A stretch of 64,000 bases of DNA, taken from NCBI GenBank assembly GCA_046760905.1, contig JBHIFB010000002.1:18772-82771 (forward strand), read 5' to 3'. Below, piece after piece: positions 28,840 through 39,670 of the stretch. The notes beneath the pieces were generated by a model. That model made no database searches and was not told the origin of the DNA. It saw only the letters and a list, made by a program, of their open reading frames with translations. The position numbers and the translations under genes are program-made. Source of the stretch: Candidatus Glassbacteria bacterium. Lineage in GTDB: Bacteria; Gemmatimonadota; CAZMKB01. The stretch's first letter is position 1, and the number at the start of each line of letters is the position of its first letter.

Positions 28840-30660
28840 TCAAGATTGCTGGAAGAATAGTTCGCGGTTGTCCTCGATTTCAGCCTCATCCTTGAGAGCT
28901 TCGTACCACCTGCTCATCACGCTGTTTGTCTGGTACGTCTCGAGCTCTCTTCGAAGGTTCTCCTTAGCGTTCTCGAAGGCTTCCTCATCGATCTCTATTC
29001 TCTCAAGAACCTTCAGTATAAAGAGTCCGTTCGGGAGCGTTATCACGTCGCTGATTTCTCCCTCCTCGAGTCCAAAGGCGGTTCCTGTGAATTCGGTATA
29101 TCTACCGATGCCGGGGACTATCGCCCGTCTCGTGATCTCACCGGTCTCCTTGTATTCGACACCGAACTCGAACTCATCTGCGATCGGCTGAAGAGCGCCT
29201 GATGCTAATATGCGCGCCCGGGCCTCTTCTGCAATCTTTCTCGCTTCATCAGTCCTTTTCTCATCAAGGATTTTGCCTTCGATCTCGGTTCTGACCTCTG
29301 CAAGATCCTTGAAGCCTTCAGGGATGATCTCCTTTACCCTGAAGATAAGGTATTTATCACTTACCTTCAAAACATTGGATATATCTCCCTCGGAGTGGGT
29401 GAAGGCAAAAGCTGCGGGCACGCTTGTGGGACCGATCTCTGGAAGGTATTGTCCTCGCGAGACGGGATCAGCTGTTTTCACTTCGATACCGAGGCTGTCT
29501 GCTGTGGAGTAGAAATCCGGGGCCCTGACGAGCTCGTTTCTGACATCCTCGGCCCTGTCGCTGATTTCGTTCACGGTCAGATAACTCGGTTCGAGTTTGA
29601 AGAGGATATGTCGCAGCCATACCTCCTCACCCCGCTCCTGGGTTTTCCTCCTATCTTCACACTTGATTATATGCAAACCATATTGTGAGGTGACGACATC
29701 CGATATCTCTCCCGGTTTCAGTGAGAACGCCGCCTCATCAACGGGCTTCACCATCCTTCCCCGGGGCACCCATCCCAGGTCTCCGCCTTTCTCTGCTGTG
29801 CCGGCGTCCAAGGAATAATCCCTCGCTACCTCTTCGAAGGGAGTACCCTCGGATAGGAGTTCTTTCACCTCCTTGATCGCATCCATTGTTGCAAGTGTGT
29901 CCTCGCTGTTGGGCAGGATGGGGAATTCGACGTATTCCAGCACTACCTGCTTATTCACTTTATATTTGCTTCTGTTCTTCTCGTAGTATAGCTCGATTTC
30001 TTCATCTGTGATATCGACTGCATCATCCTCCACGAGCTCGGCCGGGTTGAATATGAGGTACCCGACCTTAACTTTTTCGTTTCTTATCCTGTATTCGTCC
30101 TTGAGCTGGTTATCTGTGATGTGTATTGTAGAGAGAAGATAATCCTGTAGTTTCTGGATCGGTAGATAAGATCTGTACCAGTTTTCGAGCTCCAGTACAA
30201 AACCTTCGTTCTGGGGACTGTAGAGTGCCTGTAGGTATTTCGCATGATCGAATTGTCCGTCTGTAAGAAACACGTCATTCGTCTTAATGAAATCTGGTGG
30301 GTTGTTCTTCATCTCCTCGAGAATTTCCTCATCCGTGACCGTGATGCCCATGTTACTGATCTCCTGGCTAACGAGGATTTTGTAAACAATCTCATCCCAA
30401 ACCTGCTCCTCGATTTTCATGAAATCCTCGTCAGTCAATGAATCCTTAGATTGTCTCATCTGCATTAGCAGTTGGCTTCGCATATCATTGTACATCGAAT
30501 AGGTGATCTCGATACCATTCACTGAACCAAGGGCCGTTATCACAGGACCGCGGCTCCCGGTGACGTTTACACCGAGCTGAAGGAAAATGAATCCAATGAC
30601 GAAGGCCGCAGCCACTATTATCATGATCGTCTTGGTGCTTCTTCTCAATGCTTGCATCAT
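28840..30660 (-). CDS. ppiD: Periplasmic chaperone/peptidyl-prolyl isomerase PpiD (SurA-like, N-terminal membrane anchor)
   Basis: 606 aa; N-terminal transmembrane helix MMQALRRSTKTIMIIVAAAFVIGFIF; parvulin domain around …LRHILFKLEP…; SurA_N-like region. Confidence 0.75.
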   Translation of the reverse strand: MMQALRRSTKTIMIIVAAAFVIGFIFLQLGVNVTGSRGPVITALGSVNGIEITYSMYNDMRSQLLMQMRQSKDSLTDEDFMKIEEQVWDEIVYKILVSQEISNMGITVTDEEILEEMKNNPPDFIKTNDVFLTDGQFDHAKYLQALYSPQNEGFVLELENWYRSYLPIQKLQDYLLSTIHITDNQLKDEYRIRNEKVKVGYLIFNPAELVEDDAVDITDEEIELYYEKNRSKYKVNKQVVLEYVEFPILPNSEDTLATMDAIKEVKELLSEGTPFEEVARDYSLDAGTAEKGGDLGWVPRGRMVKPVDEAAFSLKPGEISDVVTSQYGLHIIKCEDRRKTQERGEEVWLRHILFKLEPSYLTVNEISDRAEDVRNELVRAPDFYSTADSLGIEVKTADPVSRGQYLPEIGPTSVPAAFAFTHSEGDISNVLKVSDKYLIFRVKEIIPEGFKDLAEVRTEIEGKILDEKRTDEARKIAEEARARILASGALQPIADEFEFGVEYKETGEITRRAIVPGIGRYTEFTGTAFGLEEGEISDVITLPNGLFILKVLERIEIDEEAFENAKENLRRELETYQTNSVMSRWYEALKDEAEIEDNRELFFQQS

Positions 30661-30692
30661 GGTGACAAACTCCGTTTTCGGGTCTTATGGCT

Positions 30693-30710
30693 AATTAATT
30701 TAAATTAATT
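30693..30710. promoter_or_regulatory. 18-nt perfect palindrome AATTAATTTAAATTAATT in the ppiD upstream region
   Basis: Its reverse complement equals itself; located about 35 nt upstream of the ppiD start codon (minus strand) in a divergent intergenic region. Confidence 0.35.
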
Positions 30711-30795
30711 GTTTCCCCCAATCAAGGGATCAGGCCAGGAATCTCACTGGATTTCCGTTCAGTGTTGTGCCATGAGAAGGACTAGCTCCTTTTTC

Positions 30796-30824
30796 TTGAC
30801 ACGGGCTGGGGGCGCTGTTATTAT
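30796..30824 (+). promoter_or_regulatory. Near-consensus sigma-70 promoter (TTGACA-17-TATTAT) upstream of the TPR-efp unit
   Basis: cTTGACAcgggctgggggcgctgtTATTATa; TTGACA 30796-30801; TATTAT 30819-30824. Confidence 0.5.
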
Positions 30825-30908
30825 ATTTTCATAGTTCTCCCCTCTTTCCCGGCCCATTTAACGCAAAAATAGAGCGGAGCTTATATTTCCCAAGGAAAGA
30901 ATAAGAAG

Positions 30909-31769
30909 ATGCATAGTTCAAGGTTTTTTGCGAGGTTGGCTGATTCATACAGAAAACAGGGGAACCTGGATAGGGCAATCGAGGTTTTAAAGGAAGGGCT
31001 GCAAAAGAGCCCGGATTATCTAACAGCTCGCATCATTCTTGCAGCATGTTTTGCGGAAAAAGGCGATCACGATAATGCCCTGAAAGAGTATGAGTACATT
31101 CTCAAACTGGATCCGTTCCATACCGCTGCAATGAAGAAAATGAGTGCGCTTCTTGCCTCTGTGGGGAGGCTGGAGGAGTCGAAGGACCTCGTACTTCGCT
31201 ACCTCGAAGAGGTCCCTGACGACGAGGGGATGCTAAGGATGCTCGCTACACTCGAGGATGAAGCTGCCCGAGGCGCAGGCCGTGATGAAAAAGAGGCTGA
31301 AACGGAGGAGTCAGTTCCAAAGACACCTTTCGAGGAGTTCACGAAGGCGAATGAATCGGGGAAAGTGACCTCGGGTGGGGGGCCAAAACCAACCGCCACC
31401 AGGGGCGAGGAGGATGAGCTCATCTCAACGATGACCCTCGCCGAAATCTACGCATCTCAGGGATTCTACGACAAAGCAATAGAGATTTATGGGAAAGTTC
31501 TTGCGAGGGAGCCATCGAATGAGATCGCAAAGGAGAGGATTGAGGCGATACAGAAGGGGGGAACCGGCCGTAGAGTTCAGGTTCCGAGAGAAAAAGGGCC
31601 CCAATTGGAGCAAGAGGAGGCAAAGGAGAAAGTCGATTGGGACAGCGGTGGAGTTCCTGGTGAAGTTGTAATAGATGAAGAGTATGAGAGATTCAAAAAA
31701 TGGCTCAGCGACCTCACGAGGAAGAAGGCTGAAACGAGTAAATCGAAACGACGAGAGATGGAGGAATAA
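30909..31769 (+). CDS. TPR-repeat protein with long charged (Glu/Lys-rich) C-terminal region
   Basis: TPR helices (LDRAIEVLKEGLQKSPDY…, MTLAEIYASQGFYDKAIEIYGKVLAREP); 5 nt upstream of efp. Confidence 0.6.
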   Translation: MHSSRFFARLADSYRKQGNLDRAIEVLKEGLQKSPDYLTARIILAACFAEKGDHDNALKEYEYILKLDPFHTAAMKKMSALLASVGRLEESKDLVLRYLEEVPDDEGMLRMLATLEDEAARGAGRDEKEAETEESVPKTPFEEFTKANESGKVTSGGGPKPTATRGEEDELISTMTLAEIYASQGFYDKAIEIYGKVLAREPSNEIAKERIEAIQKGGTGRRVQVPREKGPQLEQEEAKEKVDWDSGGVPGEVVIDEEYERFKKWLSDLTRKKAETSKSKRREMEE

Positions 31770-31774
31770 GGCCT

Positions 31775-32332
31775 TTGGCTACAACGGCTGATTTCAGAAA
31801 CGGTATGATCATACAGGTCGATGGCCAGCTTCAGACAATCGTCGAGTTTCTGCATGTGAAGCCGGGCAAGGGCGGGGCTTTCGTGCGTACGAAGCTCAAG
31901 AATGTGAAAACAGGTGCTGTTACAGACAAGACTTTCAGAGCTGGCGAGAAGGTGGAGGAGGTAAGACTTGAACGGAACCAGGCCCAGTACGTTTATTCTT
32001 CTGGGGATCTTTACTATTTCATGGATCTGGAGACGTTCGAACAATTTCCGGTCGAGAAGAACATGCTCGGAAACCAGGTTCAGTACCTTAAGGAGAATAT
32101 CATCTGCGAAACTCTCTCACATGATGGCAAGATAATCGGCATAGATCTCCCTATCTTCGTAGAACTGGAGGTCGTGGAGACAGAACCGGGGATCAGGGGG
32201 GATACTGCACAGGGAGGTTCCAAACCGGCGAAACTCCAAACCGGCCTTATTATCCAGGTGCCCCTGTTTGTCTGTGAGGGTGATACAATAAAAGTTGACA
32301 GAAGGACTGACACATACATCGAGAGGGTGTAG
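31775..32332 (+). CDS. efp: Elongation factor P
   Basis: MATTADFRNGMIIQVDGQLQTIVEFLHVKPGKGGAFVRTKLKNVKTG with the modified-loop Lys in PGKGGA. Confidence 0.9.
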   Translation: MATTADFRNGMIIQVDGQLQTIVEFLHVKPGKGGAFVRTKLKNVKTGAVTDKTFRAGEKVEEVRLERNQAQYVYSSGDLYYFMDLETFEQFPVEKNMLGNQVQYLKENIICETLSHDGKIIGIDLPIFVELEVVETEPGIRGDTAQGGSKPAKLQTGLIIQVPLFVCEGDTIKVDRRTDTYIERV

Positions 32333-32395
32333 CTGGTTCGAACGGCTCGGCTTCGGTTCGGGCCGAGCTCACCATCATTAGAAGGAAGAGGGAAA

Positions 32396-32881
32396 ATGCG
32401 ATTATCCTATATAAAGAAACTCATCAATCTCCTGGAGGAGAGCGATATCGGCATGCTGGAGATCTCGAGGTGGGGTACGAGAGTCAGGATTGAGAAGGCA
32501 AATCCCAACTCGAATCCAAACAGTAATTCCGGTGAGATTGCGGTGAAGGAAGGGACGACAATAAAAGTCCCGGTGGCTGCCGAGGGGGATGAAACCACCG
32601 CTGAGGCTGGTGAGGTGAGGTCGGAGAATAGGTCAGAGAAAAACTACCACAAGATGACAGCACCAATGGTTGGCACTTTCTATAGAGCACCCTCTCCCGA
32701 TGCACCCCCTTATATTGAAGTTGGTGATATTGTGTCGAAAGGACAGGTCCTTTGCATAATAGAGGCTATGAAGCTCATGAATGAGATACAATCGGAGGTG
32801 GAAGGAACCGTAAGGAAGATCCTGGTGGAGAATGCAGAACCAGTGGAATATGGACAGGAGTTGTTCCTGATAGAACCTTGA
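32396..32881 (+). CDS. accB: Acetyl-CoA carboxylase biotin carboxyl carrier protein
   Basis: C-terminal biotinyl domain with EAMKLMNEI (biotinyl-Lys motif); Ala/Pro-rich linker. Confidence 0.85.
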   Translation: MRLSYIKKLINLLEESDIGMLEISRWGTRVRIEKANPNSNPNSNSGEIAVKEGTTIKVPVAAEGDETTAEAGEVRSENRSEKNYHKMTAPMVGTFYRAPSPDAPPYIEVGDIVSKGQVLCIIEAMKLMNEIQSEVEGTVRKILVENAEPVEYGQELFLIEP

Positions 32882-32897
32882 GAATTGCTTGCATAAG

Positions 32898-32938
32898 GGT
32901 TGAGGTGAGGTAGCTGTTTTTCACCTCAGCCTTTAATT
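32898..32938 (+). terminator. Intrinsic terminator after accB
   Basis: 11-bp stem GGTTGAGGTGA / TCACCTCAGCC (one G-U pair), 12-nt loop, followed by CTTTAATT. Confidence 0.5.
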
Positions 32939-33015
32939 GTAATGATGATCTTCGGTAAAAAGGGAATGTTGAGAACGGATTTTCAAATTCTGTCACCTGA
33001 ATTGGAGTTGTTCAA

Positions 33016-34176
33016 ATGTCCTCATTTGATATAAAAGCTCTGTTAACTGAAATGGTCCGATGGGATGCATCGGATCTTCACATCAAGGTCGGCAACCCGC
33101 CGGCTCTCAGAGTCCATGGAATTCTGAAAGACATGAACCTTCCTGTTGTAACCTCTGAACACGTCGATGAAGCATCCCGCACCCTACTCGATGAGGAGCA
33201 ATACAACCTCCTCGAGAGTAAAAAAGAAATTGATTTTGCTTTCGATATAGAAAGGCTGGGAAGGTTCAGAACAAATATCTTCTATCAGAGAGGGACGAAA
33301 GCCATTGCAATCAGGCTTATACCCTCGAGAATAAAAACCACAGATGAGCTAATGCTACCGCCAATTCTCCAGGAACTGGCCTTGAAACCGAGAGGCCTCT
33401 TTTTAATCACGGGAATGACCGGCAGTGGAAAATCCACTACTCTCGCAGCGATGGTTGAGCACATTAACCTCAATTCGAGGTGCAATATTATCAGCGTTGA
33501 AGATCCTATTGAATTCGTTTACGCCGATAAGAAAGCCAGGATCAGCCAGAGGGCTGTGGGTAAGGATACCGATTCCTTTGCGAACGCTCTCCGGCACATT
33601 CTCAGACAGGACCCCGACGTAATCCTCATTGGTGAGATCAGGGATGTGGCTACGATGACCGTTGCGCTCCAGGCTGCTGACACCGGTCATCTCGTATTCA
33701 GCACGCTGCACACCACTGATAGCACACAGACAATAAACAGGATAATTTCATTCTTTCCGTTACATCAACATCAGGAGATACGGCTGCTGCTTGCGAGCAC
33801 CCTTCTAGGCATAGTATCGATGAGGCTGATTCCCAGAGCCGATATCCCGGGGCGAGTGCCTGCGTGTGAGGTTATGGTGACAACGGAATCCATAAGGGAG
33901 TATATTAAGGATCCCATGAAGACGCATCTTATTCCGACACTCATAAAGGAAGGATACTCCCAGTACGGGATGCGAACCTTCGACCAGAGTCTGATGCAGA
34001 TGTTTAGGGAAGGATATATCTCATACGAGAACGCTTTGCACCATTCCACGAATCCGAGCGAGTTTGCTTTAAGGATGAAAGGTATCAAATCTGCTTCTGA
34101 TAAGTCCTGGGATGAATTCGAAAGATCGCCAGATGACAGGAACGGCAGGGGATCTCGTATCGATGGCCTGGACTAG
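33016..34176 (+). CDS. pilT: PilT-family type IV pilus retraction ATPase
   Basis: Walker [16 protein letters not shown]; Asp box; His box; PilT signature [24 protein letters not shown]; about 45-aa C-terminal tail. Confidence 0.8.
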   Translation: MSSFDIKALLTEMVRWDASDLHIKVGNPPALRVHGILKDMNLPVVTSEHVDEASRTLLDEEQYNLLESKKEIDFAFDIERLGRFRTNIFYQRGTKAIAIRLIPSRIKTTDELMLPPILQELALKPRGLFLITGMTGSGKSTTLAAMVEHINLNSRCNIISVEDPIEFVYADKKARISQRAVGKDTDSFANALRHILRQDPDVILIGEIRDVATMTVALQAADTGHLVFSTLHTTDSTQTINRIISFFPLHQHQEIRLLLASTLLGIVSMRLIPRADIPGRVPACEVMVTTESIREYIKDPMKTHLIPTLIKEGYSQYGMRTFDQSLMQMFREGYISYENALHHSTNPSEFALRMKGIKSASDKSWDEFERSPDDRNGRGSRIDGLD

Positions 34177-34178
34177 TT

Positions 34179-35516
34179 ATGATAAGGCGAGTCTTGATCG
34201 CAAACAGAGGTGAAATCGCCCTCCGGGTGATAAGAGCCTGTAAGGAACTCGGCATATCCACCATTGCAGTCTGGTCGGAAGCAGACAGGGATTCGCTGCA
34301 GCGCAGGTTCGCAGATGAGGACGTCTGCATAGGTCCGCCGCCCGCTGAAGAAAGTTACCTCAATGTACCGCGCATCATCGCCGCCGCCGAGATCACTAAT
34401 GCGGACGCCATACATCCCGGCTATGGTTTTCTCGCCGAGAATGCGGAGTTCAGTGAGATATGCGAGCACCACAAGATCACATTCATCGGACCGTCTGCGG
34501 AGATGATACGCAAAATGGGGAACAAACCACTTGCGCGGGAACTCATGCAGAAGGCCAGGGTACCGGTGACTCCGGGCAGTAATGGTGAAGTGGAAGGCCT
34601 CCAGGAAGCCAGAAAAATTGCCGATCATGTAGGTTATCCGATAATCGTGAAGGCTTCCTGCGGAGGTGGGGGTAAGGGTATGAGGATCGTTAAAAGGGAG
34701 GAAGATCTGGCAAGGAATTTCGATCTCGCGAAAGCTGAAACAGAGAAGGCGTTTGGAGAGGGCGGCGTTTACATTGAGAAATACATCGCTCACCCGAGGC
34801 ATATTGAGATTCAGTTGCTTGGCGACAGCCATGGTAACGTTGTATCACTCGGGGAGCGGGATTGCACGATACAGAGGAGGTACCAGAAGCTCATCGAGGA
34901 GTCACCATCACCTGTCGTGGATTCCCAGCTCAGGAAGAAGCTTGTCAAGGCAGCCGTGAGAGGTGCCAGGGAGATAGGTTACGTCGGAGCGGGAACGATA
35001 GAGTTCTTGCTTGGTGAGGGGGGAGATTTCTACTTTATGGAGATGAATACGAGGATTCAGGTCGAACATCCCGTGACAGAAATGGTATCGGGAGTTGACC
35101 TTATAAAGGAGCAGATCAGAATCGCAGCGGGAGAAACCATCAATTTCAAGGAGGACGGGATTAATCTCAACGGCCATGCCATCGAGTGCAGGATAAATGC
35201 AGAAGATCCTGATGATGGCTTCAGACCATCTCCCGGCAAGATCGCCTCTCTCAATATACCCGGTGGCCCTGGGGTGAGGGTTGATACTCATGTCTATGCA
35301 CAGTATGTTATATCTCCGTATTATGATTCTCTGCTTGCGAAGCTAATCGTCCACGACAGGACACGGAAATGCGCTATTCAAAAAATGCGCAGAGCCCTCG
35401 AGGAGTTCGTAGTCGAAGGTGTGAAGACAACCATCCCGTTCCACAGGAAGATCCTAGAGAGCGAAACGTTTGCCGAGGGTAACTACGATACCCATTTTGT
35501 TGAGCATTTTTATTAG
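34179..35516 (+). CDS. accC: Acetyl-CoA carboxylase biotin carboxylase subunit
   Basis: [26 protein letters not shown]…; ATP-grasp; [14 protein letters not shown]. Confidence 0.9.
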   Translation: MIRRVLIANRGEIALRVIRACKELGISTIAVWSEADRDSLQRRFADEDVCIGPPPAEESYLNVPRIIAAAEITNADAIHPGYGFLAENAEFSEICEHHKITFIGPSAEMIRKMGNKPLARELMQKARVPVTPGSNGEVEGLQEARKIADHVGYPIIVKASCGGGGKGMRIVKREEDLARNFDLAKAETEKAFGEGGVYIEKYIAHPRHIEIQLLGDSHGNVVSLGERDCTIQRRYQKLIEESPSPVVDSQLRKKLVKAAVRGAREIGYVGAGTIEFLLGEGGDFYFMEMNTRIQVEHPVTEMVSGVDLIKEQIRIAAGETINFKEDGINLNGHAIECRINAEDPDDGFRPSPGKIASLNIPGGPGVRVDTHVYAQYVISPYYDSLLAKLIVHDRTRKCAIQKMRRALEEFVVEGVKTTIPFHRKILESETFAEGNYDTHFVEHFY

Positions 35517-35524
35517 AGGGAACT

Positions 35525-37792
35525 GTGGCCAGGAAGAAGCCAGAATCGGGTAGCCGGGTCGTCGAAACGTCCGGATTCATGTTATGCCTTCTTGGAACTT
35601 TCATCCTGCTTTCATTTCTGCCACCCGATCTTGTGCATTGGGGAGTCGGAGGTCGTCAGCCTTCCAACATAACAGGCCCGGTCGGAAATATGGTCTCATC
35701 TCTGCTCACCAGTCTATTAGGATTCACCGGGCCTGTCGTCGGATTCATACTCTTACTGTTCGGCTGGAACCGGTTGAGGAGAAACAATCCCGGCAGGACG
35801 GTCAAGGCAATCATCCTTCTTTCTTCCCTGAGTGTCATAAGCATCACGATAGCTTCCCTCTTTGGAGTCAATGCCGATGCCGGTGGAGAGAAGCTTTATG
35901 GCATAACGGGCCAATTTCTTTCACGTACTCTTGTTGAGTGGTTCAGCTTTGTGGGATCACTGTTGATGATTGCCTTTTTCACTTCGGTCGTGCTCGTCTG
36001 GACAACGGGGTTCTCTCTTGCAAAGACTGCTTCGCTTGTGAGCACACTCGGGAGATTTTTCTTGAGGAGCCCGGCCTTCTTGCTGGGAGCCTTGATCGAT
36101 GCTTACCAGGAGGTTGTTGACTGGAAGAACAGTCGAAGGAAATCAGCCGCTGAGAGGAGGGTTAAAAGGAGAGTGGAAGGTGCTCTCACAGAGAAACGGA
36201 GGCGGGTGTCTGTGAAAGGGGAAACGGTAATTGAGAAGAGAGTACCGATACCGGCGAAGAAGATGTCCACCGAAAGCCATCCAGCTGAGACGACTGGCCC
36301 CACGGAAGGAATCACACGTGCAGGGTCCGGAAATTATGTCCTTCCCGATCTCAGCCTCTTGAACGATCCGGAGGTCGTGGATGGATACAGGACCCAGGAG
36401 GAATTGAGCGGGCTGGGGAGCATACTTCTTTCGAAACTTTCAGATTTTAACATCAAAGGTGAGATAATAAACGTGACCGTGGGCCCTGTCGTCTCGACCT
36501 TCGAATTTAGGCCGGCTTCAGGGATCAAAGTCAGTCAGATAGTGGGGCTTGCCGATGACCTTGCTCTGGCCATGGAGGTAACGAGGATAAGGATCGTGGC
36601 TCCACTCCCGGGGAGGGGTGCGGTTGGAATAGAAGTGCCCAACAGTGAGAAGGAGATCGTTAACTTCAAGGAGATCATTTCCTCCGGAGCCTACACGAAC
36701 TCGAAGGCGACGATACCAATTGCTCTGGGAAAAGATTCATTCGGTGATCCTGTAGTTTTCGACCTTGTGAGGATGCCGCACCTTCTCATCGCAGGATCAA
36801 CCGGTTCGGGGAAGTCACAGTGCATACATACCATCATAATGAGCTTGCTACTGCGTTTTTCGCCCGATGAGGTCAGGCTACTGATGATCGATCCAAAGGT
36901 TCTCGAGCTTGTCTCCTACAACGGGATTCCGCACCTTCTCACACCGGTTGTCACTGAGCCCAAAGGTGCGGTGAGAGCGCTGAAATGGCTGATCGCAGAG
37001 ATGGAGGAAAGATATAAGCTCCTAGCATCGATAGGTGTGAGAAACATCAGCGATTACAATCGCAAGGTAACGGTCAATTCCGAGGAGGATCAAGATGGCT
37101 TAATCCCCGGTGAAACGATGAGGGATTTGACTGAACTGCCATTTGTCGTGATGATCATCGACGAGCTCGCAGATCTCATCCTTTCCCTTCAGGCTGAGAT
37201 AGAGGAGCCTCTGGCAAGACTTGCCCAGATGGCAAGGGGAGTTGGGATCCACCTCGTTCTTGCTACCCAGAGACCCTCTGTCGATGTTCTGACTGGAATG
37301 ATAAAGGCGAATTTTCCATCGAGGATCTCATTCCGAGTTGCGACGAGGGTGGATTCGAGGACCATTCTGGATGCCAACGGGGCTGAGAAGCTGCTTGGTG
37401 CAGGGGATATGCTATTTCTACCGGCTGGGAGATCGAATGCAAGGAGGGTGCATGGATCATATATTTCTGATGATGAGCTTGGTAGGGTGATAGAGTTCTT
37501 GAAGAGAGGAGGTGGTGGAAAAGATAAGGAAAGTGAAACACTTCCGACTTTCGGTAGGGAACCGGGTTTTGATGAAACTTCGGAGGAACAGGATGAACTC
37601 TTCTGGGATGCCGTAAGACTCGTGTTGAGAACGGGTCATGGTTCGACCTCTCTTCTCCAGAGAAAGCTCAAGATAGGGTACTCGAGGGCTGCAAGGATAG
37701 TGGATCAGCTTGAAGATGCGGGGGTTCTTGGTCCACAGGTGGGAAGCAAAGGTCGAGATGTCCTCGTGGGTGAGGATTTTCTCGAAAAGTAA
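35525..37792 (+). CDS. ftsK: DNA translocase FtsK
   Basis: N-terminal 4 transmembrane helices; motor domain Walker A IAGSTGSGKSQCIHTII; Walker B VVMIIDELADL; C-terminal gamma wHTH (LLQRKLKIGYSRAARIVDQLE). Confidence 0.85.
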   Translation: MARKKPESGSRVVETSGFMLCLLGTFILLSFLPPDLVHWGVGGRQPSNITGPVGNMVSSLLTSLLGFTGPVVGFILLLFGWNRLRRNNPGRTVKAIILLSSLSVISITIASLFGVNADAGGEKLYGITGQFLSRTLVEWFSFVGSLLMIAFFTSVVLVWTTGFSLAKTASLVSTLGRFFLRSPAFLLGALIDAYQEVVDWKNSRRKSAAERRVKRRVEGALTEKRRRVSVKGETVIEKRVPIPAKKMSTESHPAETTGPTEGITRAGSGNYVLPDLSLLNDPEVVDGYRTQEELSGLGSILLSKLSDFNIKGEIINVTVGPVVSTFEFRPASGIKVSQIVGLADDLALAMEVTRIRIVAPLPGRGAVGIEVPNSEKEIVNFKEIISSGAYTNSKATIPIALGKDSFGDPVVFDLVRMPHLLIAGSTGSGKSQCIHTIIMSLLLRFSPDEVRLLMIDPKVLELVSYNGIPHLLTPVVTEPKGAVRALKWLIAEMEERYKLLASIGVRNISDYNRKVTVNSEEDQDGLIPGETMRDLTELPFVVMIIDELADLILSLQAEIEEPLARLAQMARGVGIHLVLATQRPSVDVLTGMIKANFPSRISFRVATRVDSRTILDANGAEKLLGAGDMLFLPAGRSNARRVHGSYISDDELGRVIEFLKRGGGGKDKESETLPTFGREPGFDETSEEQDELFWDAVRLVLRTGHGSTSLLQRKLKIGYSRAARIVDQLEDAGVLGPQVGSKGRDVLVGEDFLEK

Positions 37793-37818
37793 CTCTCTGA
37801 ACTGGAATAAGCTCTAGG

Positions 37819-39639
37819 ATGTACATTCTTGGAATCTCAGCCTTCTACCACGACAGCGCCGCAGCACTCGTGAAGGATGGGGAAATAGTGGCGGCGGCTC
37901 AGGAAGAGAGATTTACTCGGAAGAAACACGACTACAACTTTCCTGATAATGCAATAGATTTCTGTCTGCGATATGAAGGCATCACGCCGGCCGAACTTTC
38001 CCTTGTCGTCTTCTACGACAAGCCCCTAATCAAATTCGAAAGGATACTGGAGAGCTACATAAGCTACGCTCCCATTGGCATTAAGTCGTTCATCAAGTCG
38101 ATGCCGGTGTGGATCAAGCAGAAGCTCTGGATAAAAAACCTGCTATACGGGAAACTGGAAGGGTACGACGGGAAGATACTCTTCCCTGAACATCACGAAT
38201 CTCATGCAGCGTCGGCTTTCTATCCCTCACCATTCAAGGAGGCGGCATTTCTTACGGTGGATGGCGTCGGGGAATGGACAACGACGAGTTATGGAATTGG
38301 GAAAGGTAACGACCTTAGAATCCTTGCCGAGCAATCCTTTCCCCACTCCCTTGGCATGCTTTACTCGGCGTTCACATACTTCACCGGATTCAAGGTAAAC
38401 TCGGGTGAGTACAAGCTCATGGGTCTCGCTCCTTATGGAGAGCCGAAGTATGTGAATGTTATACTGGATAATCTCATAGATCTAAAAGAAGACGGGTCCT
38501 TCAAACTCAACATGCGCTATTTCAACTATTGTGTTGGTCTCACAATGACAAACAGAAGGTTTGCCAGGCTCTTCGGTGGAAAGCCCAGGAAACCTGAGAC
38601 GAAGCTTACACAGAGGGACATGGATCTCGCAAGATCGATCCAGGTTGTCACAGAGGAGATCATGCTCAGGATGGCTCGGTATGTCCACGCAGAGACAGGG
38701 CTCGAAAAGCTCGTCCTCGCAGGAGGGTGCGCTCTGAACTGCGTATCAAATGGCAGGATACTGAGGGAGGGACCTTTCGAAGACATATGGATTCAGCCGG
38801 CTGCGGGAGATGCCGGTGGTGCCTTGGGGGCGGCTCTGATTGCATGGTACAGGTATCTCGGCAAGAACAGAAATCCGGATGGCGATCGCGATTTTCAGAA
38901 AGCCTCATACCTCGGCCCTGAATACACAGACGGTGAGATAGAACAGTTCCTAAAATCGCAAAAAGCGCCGTATGAGAGACTCTCAAGGGAAGAGATTGGG
39001 GGGCGCATCGCAAAACTGATTGCCGAGGGGAACGTTGTGGGATGGTTCCAGGGCAGAATGGAATTCGGTCCAAGGGCTCTCGGTTCACGGAGCATAATCG
39101 GGGATGCACGGTCCCCGGAAATGCAGTCGAAGATGAATCTTAAAATAAAATTCAGGGAATCCTTCAGGCCTTTCGCCCCCACAGTTCTCAATGACTATGT
39201 TTCGGAGTATTTCGAAATAGACAGACACAGCCCGTACATGTTGCTAGTTGCCGGGGTGAGCAAGGATAAGCTGGTGGAATTGGGGGAGGATGACAGGAAA
39301 TTAATGGGTGTCGAAAGGCGTAAGGCGGTGAGGTCAACTATCCCGGCCGTCACCCATGTAGATAACAGCGCCAGGCTCCAGACTGTCGAACGAGATGACA
39401 ATCCGATGTATTACGACATGATAGAGGCTTTCCGGAAACTCACCGGCTGCCCCGTGATTATCAACACTTCATTCAACGTGAGGGGGGAGCCAATCGTATG
39501 CTCCCCAGAGCATGCATACACATGCTTCATGCGCACCCATATGGATTACCTCCTCCTGGGAAATTTCCTGCTGGATAAGACCAAGCAGAAAAAGTGGGAG
39601 GAGGACTTCGACTGGAGAGAGGAATTTGAACTCGACTGA
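37819..39639 (+). CDS. Carbamoyltransferase (NodU/CmcH/SxtI family)
   Basis: MYILGISAFYHDSAAALVKDGEIVAAAQEERFTRKKHDYNFP is the YrdC/Kae1-like N-terminal signature of the family; 606 aa. Confidence 0.85.
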   Translation: MYILGISAFYHDSAAALVKDGEIVAAAQEERFTRKKHDYNFPDNAIDFCLRYEGITPAELSLVVFYDKPLIKFERILESYISYAPIGIKSFIKSMPVWIKQKLWIKNLLYGKLEGYDGKILFPEHHESHAASAFYPSPFKEAAFLTVDGVGEWTTTSYGIGKGNDLRILAEQSFPHSLGMLYSAFTYFTGFKVNSGEYKLMGLAPYGEPKYVNVILDNLIDLKEDGSFKLNMRYFNYCVGLTMTNRRFARLFGGKPRKPETKLTQRDMDLARSIQVVTEEIMLRMARYVHAETGLEKLVLAGGCALNCVSNGRILREGPFEDIWIQPAAGDAGGALGAALIAWYRYLGKNRNPDGDRDFQKASYLGPEYTDGEIEQFLKSQKAPYERLSREEIGGRIAKLIAEGNVVGWFQGRMEFGPRALGSRSIIGDARSPEMQSKMNLKIKFRESFRPFAPTVLNDYVSEYFEIDRHSPYMLLVAGVSKDKLVELGEDDRKLMGVERRKAVRSTIPAVTHVDNSARLQTVERDDNPMYYDMIEAFRKLTGCPVIINTSFNVRGEPIVCSPEHAYTCFMRTHMDYLLLGNFLLDKTKQKKWEEDFDWREEFELD

Positions 39640-39670
39640 GACTAAAGCCGCACAACTCAGAAAATTCGGC

